From: Octopus vulgaris
Lineage: Eukaryota
Direction: 5' to 3'
Length of the DNA stretch: 64,000 bases
Assembly (NCBI GenBank): GCA_951406725.2
Contig: OX597816.1
Coordinates: 27,156,001-27,220,000, forward strand
Below, piece by piece: positions 58,932 through 64,000 of the stretch. Under the pieces are notes generated by a model. It was not told the origin of the DNA. It saw nothing but the letters and a program-made list of their open reading frames with translations, and made no database searches. Both the position numbers and the translations under genes were made by a program. The stretch's first letter is position 1; each line of letters opens with the position of its first letter.

Positions 58932-58970
58932 TTATTCCTGTTGACTGCTCTTGTATGTATTCACACTTTC
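58932..58970 (-). CDS. POLR1D: POLR1D/RPAC2 terminal coding exon
   Basis: Strong pyrimidine tract, ttcag|ESVNTYKSSQQE*; phase 0 fits; resembles human ASIKDYK. Confidence 0.85.
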   Translation of the reverse strand, partial: ESVNTYKSSQQE

Positions 58971-59304
58971 CTGAAGAGAAAAGAAAAGTAACAATTAGGA
59001 ACATAATTCAGATCAGACATCAAAATTAAATTATTTGATTTTCCTCCTTTAACAACTAAACTCATGTGATTTTCCACAATAATGTTTTTGTAGAATTGCT
59101 GTAAGAAAAGTCAAGTAGGTATCAATGTCATAGGGTTGGAAAACATCACAAACACTAGCATTTCTCTCTGACTGAAAATAAAAGACAAACCCTACTGACT
59201 AGAATATCAATGTCTCACACTGTTGTCATCAATGTTACTTTGGATCCTTGACAAAGACAGTCAACTGTTTAATATAATCAGTGGTTGTGTGATTCCTTTA
59301 ATGT

Positions 59305-59960
59305 GTGTTAGTGGAGGCACATTGTCTTGTTACTGCATCGTCCCTCTATACATCTTATACTATAGACTACATTTCTGGCTTTACAGTTTGTTTGTGGGCT
59401 AAATCTACACACGGTAAAGTTCCTATCAGTACAGGGGGTTCTACTAAAAGGGTAGGTTCTACCGATTATGGATTTGATAGGGTTGCCTGGCCTGTCAACA
59501 ACCTTAATCCTTAGCTTAAGTTTGTCTAGGGTTCTTCTAAAGCGGTACGCCAGTTCACCTCTAGGGGTGGTGTCGACGAACATGACACTCTGGTATTTGT
59601 GGCTATCATACCAAGAGTTGGCCTTCCTTATTTTCTTCTTTGTCCTTTCAATGACTTGCTCCTATAGAGTGGGCAAATTCCATTCCTATCATTACATAAG
59701 ATAGCATCAAATTTCTTCATGGCTCCTTTGTATACGCTGATCCTTTCTTTATGGCTGTAACCTGAGAACTGCATGCGGTGAACGAAATGTTCTATGTGTC
59801 TCTTTAACTCTGTAGGCTCGCACATGCGGGATACATTTCGCATTATTCTGACGAAGTCTGCCATCAAAATATTGAAATTGGCATTGTCCGCGATAGCTGA
59901 GTTCCTGTGGATCAAGTATTTGGAGGCCATAGGTTTGGCATAGTACGAACGAAGGATTTG
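59305..59960 (-). mobile_element. Penelope-like element fragment (RT thumb to start of GIY-YIG)
   Basis: YAKPMASKYLIHRNSA...RMQFSGYS...PLYRS; FVDTTPRGELA...C...NC...NVVYSIRC; frameshifted. Confidence 0.78.
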
Positions 59961-60129
59961 GGCTTTATAAAAAAATAAATAACACTGAAGCAAAGTAACA
60001 CCAAATATATAGTGCGTGTGTTTTTATTGGCTAAACTGGCAAAATGACCATTCCGAAATACAACAATATCTGTTTCAACACATGATTTCACATCAAAAAT
60101 CTTGCAAAACAAATATATATATATATCTT

Positions 60130-60605
60130 TACACTGGCTTCCGTGCCGGTGGCACGTAAAATGCACCAATCCGACCGTGGCCGTTGCCAGCCTCGCCTGG
60201 CACCTGTGCAGGTGGCACGTAAAAAGCACCCACTACACTCACGGAGTGGTTGGCGTTAGGAAGGGCATCCAGCTGTAGAAACATTGCCAGATAAGACTGG
60301 AGCCTGGGGCAGCCTTCTGGCTTCCTAGATCCCTGGTTGAACCGTCCAACCCATGCTAGCATGGAGAACGGACATTAAACGTTGTGAGTGTTTATTGAGC
60401 GAAAACACCTAAAGCTCCACGAGGCTCCGGCAGGGGGTGGTGGCGATCCCTGCCACACACTTTCGCCACAACTTTCTCTCACCCTTTCTTCCATTGGCCT
60501 GCTCACTTAGCCAGCGGGGTGGCGTCATTTGAAGGCTAAAACAATGCAAAGCGCATTGTGACCAGCGATATGTAGCAACATCTGATAGCCTGGTCGGTCA
60601 TGGTG

Positions 60606-60606
<1 letters not shown>
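60130..60606 (+). mobile_element. Family D tail joined to a SINE-C-related fragment
   Basis: Junction at ~60381. Confidence 0.75.
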
Positions 60607-60636
<30 letters not shown>

Positions 60637-60785
60637 AACACACACACCCATGGTGGACTTTTCTTTCACTGGTTAAGCCTGAGGTCATGCTGGGACACTA
60701 TGTCTGAGAAAGATTTAAGTTAAACAGCAAAGTATCCTACTCTTAATAGTTGTTCATTTTTCTTGATTAAAACTGGTTTACTTAC

Positions 60786-60865
60786 CTCAAATTCATCCAG
60801 AACAATTTTACATAAAGCATCTAAATTGTTAAGTCCATCAACTAAAACTTCCACAGCAGGAATAA
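60786..60865 (-). CDS. POLR1D: POLR1D/RPAC2 penultimate coding exon
   Basis: tttag|(V)IPAVEVLVDGLNNLDALCKIVLDEFE|gtaagt versus recalled human [26 protein letters not shown]. Confidence 0.92.
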
Positions 60866-60933
60866 CTAAAGACAAAGACAGAAAAGAAAATTAAAATAAA
60901 TAAGACTGTATTTTGCTACACACACACACACAC

Positions 60934-61308
60934 ACTCTTTACTCTTTTACTTGTTTCAGTCATTTGACTGCGGCCATGCTGGAGCACCGCCTTTAGTCGA
61001 GCAAATCGACCCCAGTACTTATTCTATCGGTCTCTTTTGCCGAACCGCTAAGTTACGGGGACATAAACACACCAGCATCGGTTGTCAAGCAATGCTAGGG
61101 GGACAAACACAGACACACAAACACACTCACACATATATATATACATACACATATACAACGGACTTCTTTGAGTTTCTGTCTACCAAGTCCACTCACAAGG
61201 CTTTGGTCGGCCCGAGGCTATAGAAGAAGACACTTGCCCAAGATGCCATGCAGTGGGACTGAACCCGGAACCATGTGGTTGGTTAGCAAGCTACTTACCA
61301 CACAGCCA
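60934..61308 (-). mobile_element. SINE family B
   Basis: Matches other copies. Confidence 0.86.
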
Positions 61309-61816
61309 CACATGTATATAATATATATATTTGTTTATACACAAACTGCATATAACCTATATTTCTAAACAAAAAAAATTGTTTTCTCCAGATGTAGTTG
61401 ATTATTTACATACATTATGCTTATGCACACCCATGTAGGATAATTTGCATAGAGTAGTTCATATACTATTCCTCAAATACATGCCACTTGATTCTTGAGA
61501 TTATTTTTTACTTATTCAAAGTCAGTCCCGATTGGCACCAAGCAATGGAAGTGGGGATTATTTCAATAACTCAAGAATTTACCCACATAAACTTGTATCT
61601 AACCTAACACTACGAAACTGGTTATTAACCTATGTGGAAACTGTTTTAATTAAAATACCCCACTACAAAATGACAACATTTTATCTGCCCTTCCATGTGT
61701 TGTATTGAATGTAGACAACCTATGTCACAAAAATATCACACCCTGCAGAATGCCAGCATCCTGTTTGCTCCAACACTTGAATTTACCAATAAAATAAATG
61801 ATGTCACTGTAATGGC

Positions 61817-62016
61817 AAAGAGAATTATTCAATTTGAAGTGACCAACAGCAGTCTAAAGAGAATTATACAACTTGAAGTGACCAACAGCAGTCTAAAGAG
61901 AATTATACAATTTGAAGTGACCAACAGCAGTCTAAAGAGAATTATACAATTTGAAGTGACCAACAGCAGTCTAAAGAGAATTATACAATTTGAAGTGACC
62001 AACAGCAGCAGTCTAA
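61817..62016. repeat. 39-bp tandem repeat, 5 units
   Basis: AAAGAGAATTATACAATTTGAAGTGACCAACAGCAGTCT. Confidence 0.95.
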
Positions 62017-62701
62017 ATACTTTCACTTAGAGTCACTTAAAATTTATTTAAACTCCAGTCTACCTTGAAACATTTGTGATGATATGAACATGTTCTATAA
62101 CCCTAAAATCTAAGTAATCTAACTGTTGTGTATGTGTGTGTGTTGAATGTACAATGAGTTAAAGAGTATATAATACATATTATATTTATTTGTTCAAAGA
62201 TGATGATTCACCATCTCTATTCAGAGTTGCCATGAAAATAATTTCTGTACACTAATTAAATTCAGAATAGATCAAATATGGGAAATGACATAAAATCTCT
62301 GTATTTCAATAATTAATAACTAATCCAAGTGTTCAGTAAAATGAGTGGTGAAAGTGAAGTTGTGAAAGTGAAAGTTGTGAAAATCATTAGTGACAGGAGT
62401 GTCTGGCTAGGTTCTCACACCAGATACTCTAGAGCCCTTACTTGAACGTTTGTATAGAATAACATATAGTAGTAATATTTTACACGAGGGAAAGAAGTGG
62501 AAACTTGTTCCATATAAGAAATAACAGTGTACAAGGGACAAAATAACCAGTTACTTTTAGAGAAATAAACTATTTTTTATACACAGATCTGTAATATTTC
62601 AAAAGCTAATGTAAAGCAAAGGTTTTGAAGGGTTGTAGGTATCACACAGAATGTTGTGAGGGTAGGGGTAAGAATAAACAAATATGAAAGAAACTGTTAG
62701 A

Positions 62702-63382
62702 AAACTGACTGATTTTCCCCAGTTCCTTTATAAAAAAAACACATTATGCAATCCATTGCCCTTGTTGAAGACACAACTTGAGCCTCAGGTGTCTTAAATG
62801 GAGTCTACTCTGTTAGAAGGATTGAGATGTTGTGTCTCAGGAGATATAATATATTAATGTATGGTTACACTTTTCAGTATCAACAGCTTTTTTTATTTGT
62901 TATGCTTTATCCTTCCTTCTGCTATATACCCAGTTGCCTCAGAATCCTATGAGAGTCATGATAGTTATCTTTCTTCCTCTGAGTAAGAAAAACGTTTTGT
63001 TTATCACGTTAAGGAAGAAAATAGAAAAAGTGAAGTTGAGTAACACTGGAAAATAAAAGGATTAAAAAGTATAACATACCTTTGCTTTGTATCCGGAAAT
63101 TTATCTGTTTGTCAAAGGGATGAGGTACACCATATCCACAAAATTCCACTCTAGGACTGAAACATAAAAGCATCATCAGTTACACCACCTCTACTCATGT
63201 CTTACAACTGCCTTCATTGGCAATATATTATCTCTCCTGAGACACAACATCTCAATCCTTCTAACAGAGTAGACTCCACTTAAGGCACCTGAGATCCAAG
63301 TTGTGTGTTAAAGAAGGGTAATGTGGATTGCACAATTCTTTTTTCTAAAAAAAAAAAGGAACTAGTGAAAATCAGTCAGTTT
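62702..63382. repeat. Inverted repeat, arms 62702-62855 and 63222-63382, enclosing a POLR1D exon
   Basis: TGGAGTCTACTCTGTTAGAAGGATTGAGATGTTGTGTCTCAGGAGA has its exact reverse complement at ~63233-63278. Confidence 0.92.
63080..63156 (-). CDS. POLR1D: POLR1D/RPAC2 (AC19) internal exon; 5' part of the gene is outside the window
   Basis: ttcag|PRVEFCGYGVPHPFDKQINFRIQSK|gtatgt versus recalled human [26 protein letters not shown] (RBP11-like family). Confidence 0.92.
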
Positions 63383-63414
63383 CCACATCAAACAGTTTTT
63401 CCCACTTTTGGCTC

Positions 63415-63692
63415 CTACCAAAGTCGCCTTACTGGCACCTGTGCCGGTGGCATGTGTAAAAGGATTCGAGCAAGGTCGTTGCCAATACCACCTGACTGGC
63501 CCCCGTGCCGGGGCATGTAAAAAGCACCCATTACACTCTCGGAGTGGTTGGCGTTAGGAAGGGCATCCAGCTGTAGAAACTCTGCCAAATAAAGATTGGA
63601 GCCTGGTGCAACCATCTGGTTCGCCAGCCCTCAGTCAAAATCGTCCAACCCATGCTAGCACAGAAAGCGGACGTTTAACGATGATGATGATG
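63415..63692 (+). mobile_element. Family D tail
   Basis: Matches other copies. Confidence 0.8.
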
Positions 63693-64000
63693 CACAGTAG
63701 CTCTAACACCATCTTTTTACCTTCCCATTCTGACAGTCAACTTTATATTCTAAGATGGCCAGCTATTACTTTCTAATAACATCTTCACAAGCTACAGAAT
63801 TTTTCAGTCTATTTCCTCATATTAGCTATGTCCTTTATCTGGTTAACCACCAAACTTTTAGGGGTAGAACTGATTGTTGGGTAGCCTATGGCAGGCTGGT
63901 AGAATCATGTGACTGTTCCCACAGATACACTGCAATGGTTTAAGTTTTGAACATATAGCTTTATGGAACGGTGCCTTATGGAACTTGCCATAGTGAAAGA

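Noticed and set aside
61695-62030. ORFs with a 13-aa repeat
   Set aside because: 39-bp intronic minisatellite that happens to be a multiple of three; no splice or homology support
63080-63156. POLR2J/RPB11 as alternative identity
   Set aside because: VEFCGY..PHP and the PAVE..GL motif fit AC19/POLR1D; RPB11 has VLFAGYKVPHPLEH

Overview
Repeat-rich animal genomic DNA. The tRNA-derived SINE families, RTE tails and TA/CA microsatellite fields suggest an octopus or other coleoid mollusc, but this is inference from repeat content. The window holds one complete + strand gene, COG7 (conserved oligomeric Golgi complex subunit 7). I reconstructed it by hand as 24 GT-AG coding exons from ATG 8717 to TGA 51957 (2274 nt, 757 aa). 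It also holds the last three coding exons of a convergent - strand gene, POLR1D/RPAC2 (Pol I/III subunit AC19). The rest is SINEs, decayed Gypsy, RTE, CR1 and Penelope-like fragments, MITEs, Helitrons and mini/microsatellites. Almost all ORFs in the supplied track are artefacts of these repeats. The most interesting signal is a set of minimal type I hammerhead-ribozyme motifs in at least five unrelated short non-coding elements: a ~594-nt retrozyme-like partial tandem with a fully canonical core, one in the loop of a fold-back, a tRNA-promoter plus hammerhead unit inserted as a head-to-head dimer, a small one just after exon 5, and one on the sense strand of the putative COG7 3' UTR. There are also many long inverted repeats, one of which encloses a POLR1D exon. 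All identifications come from reading the sequence and recalled homology. No searches or folding programs were run.
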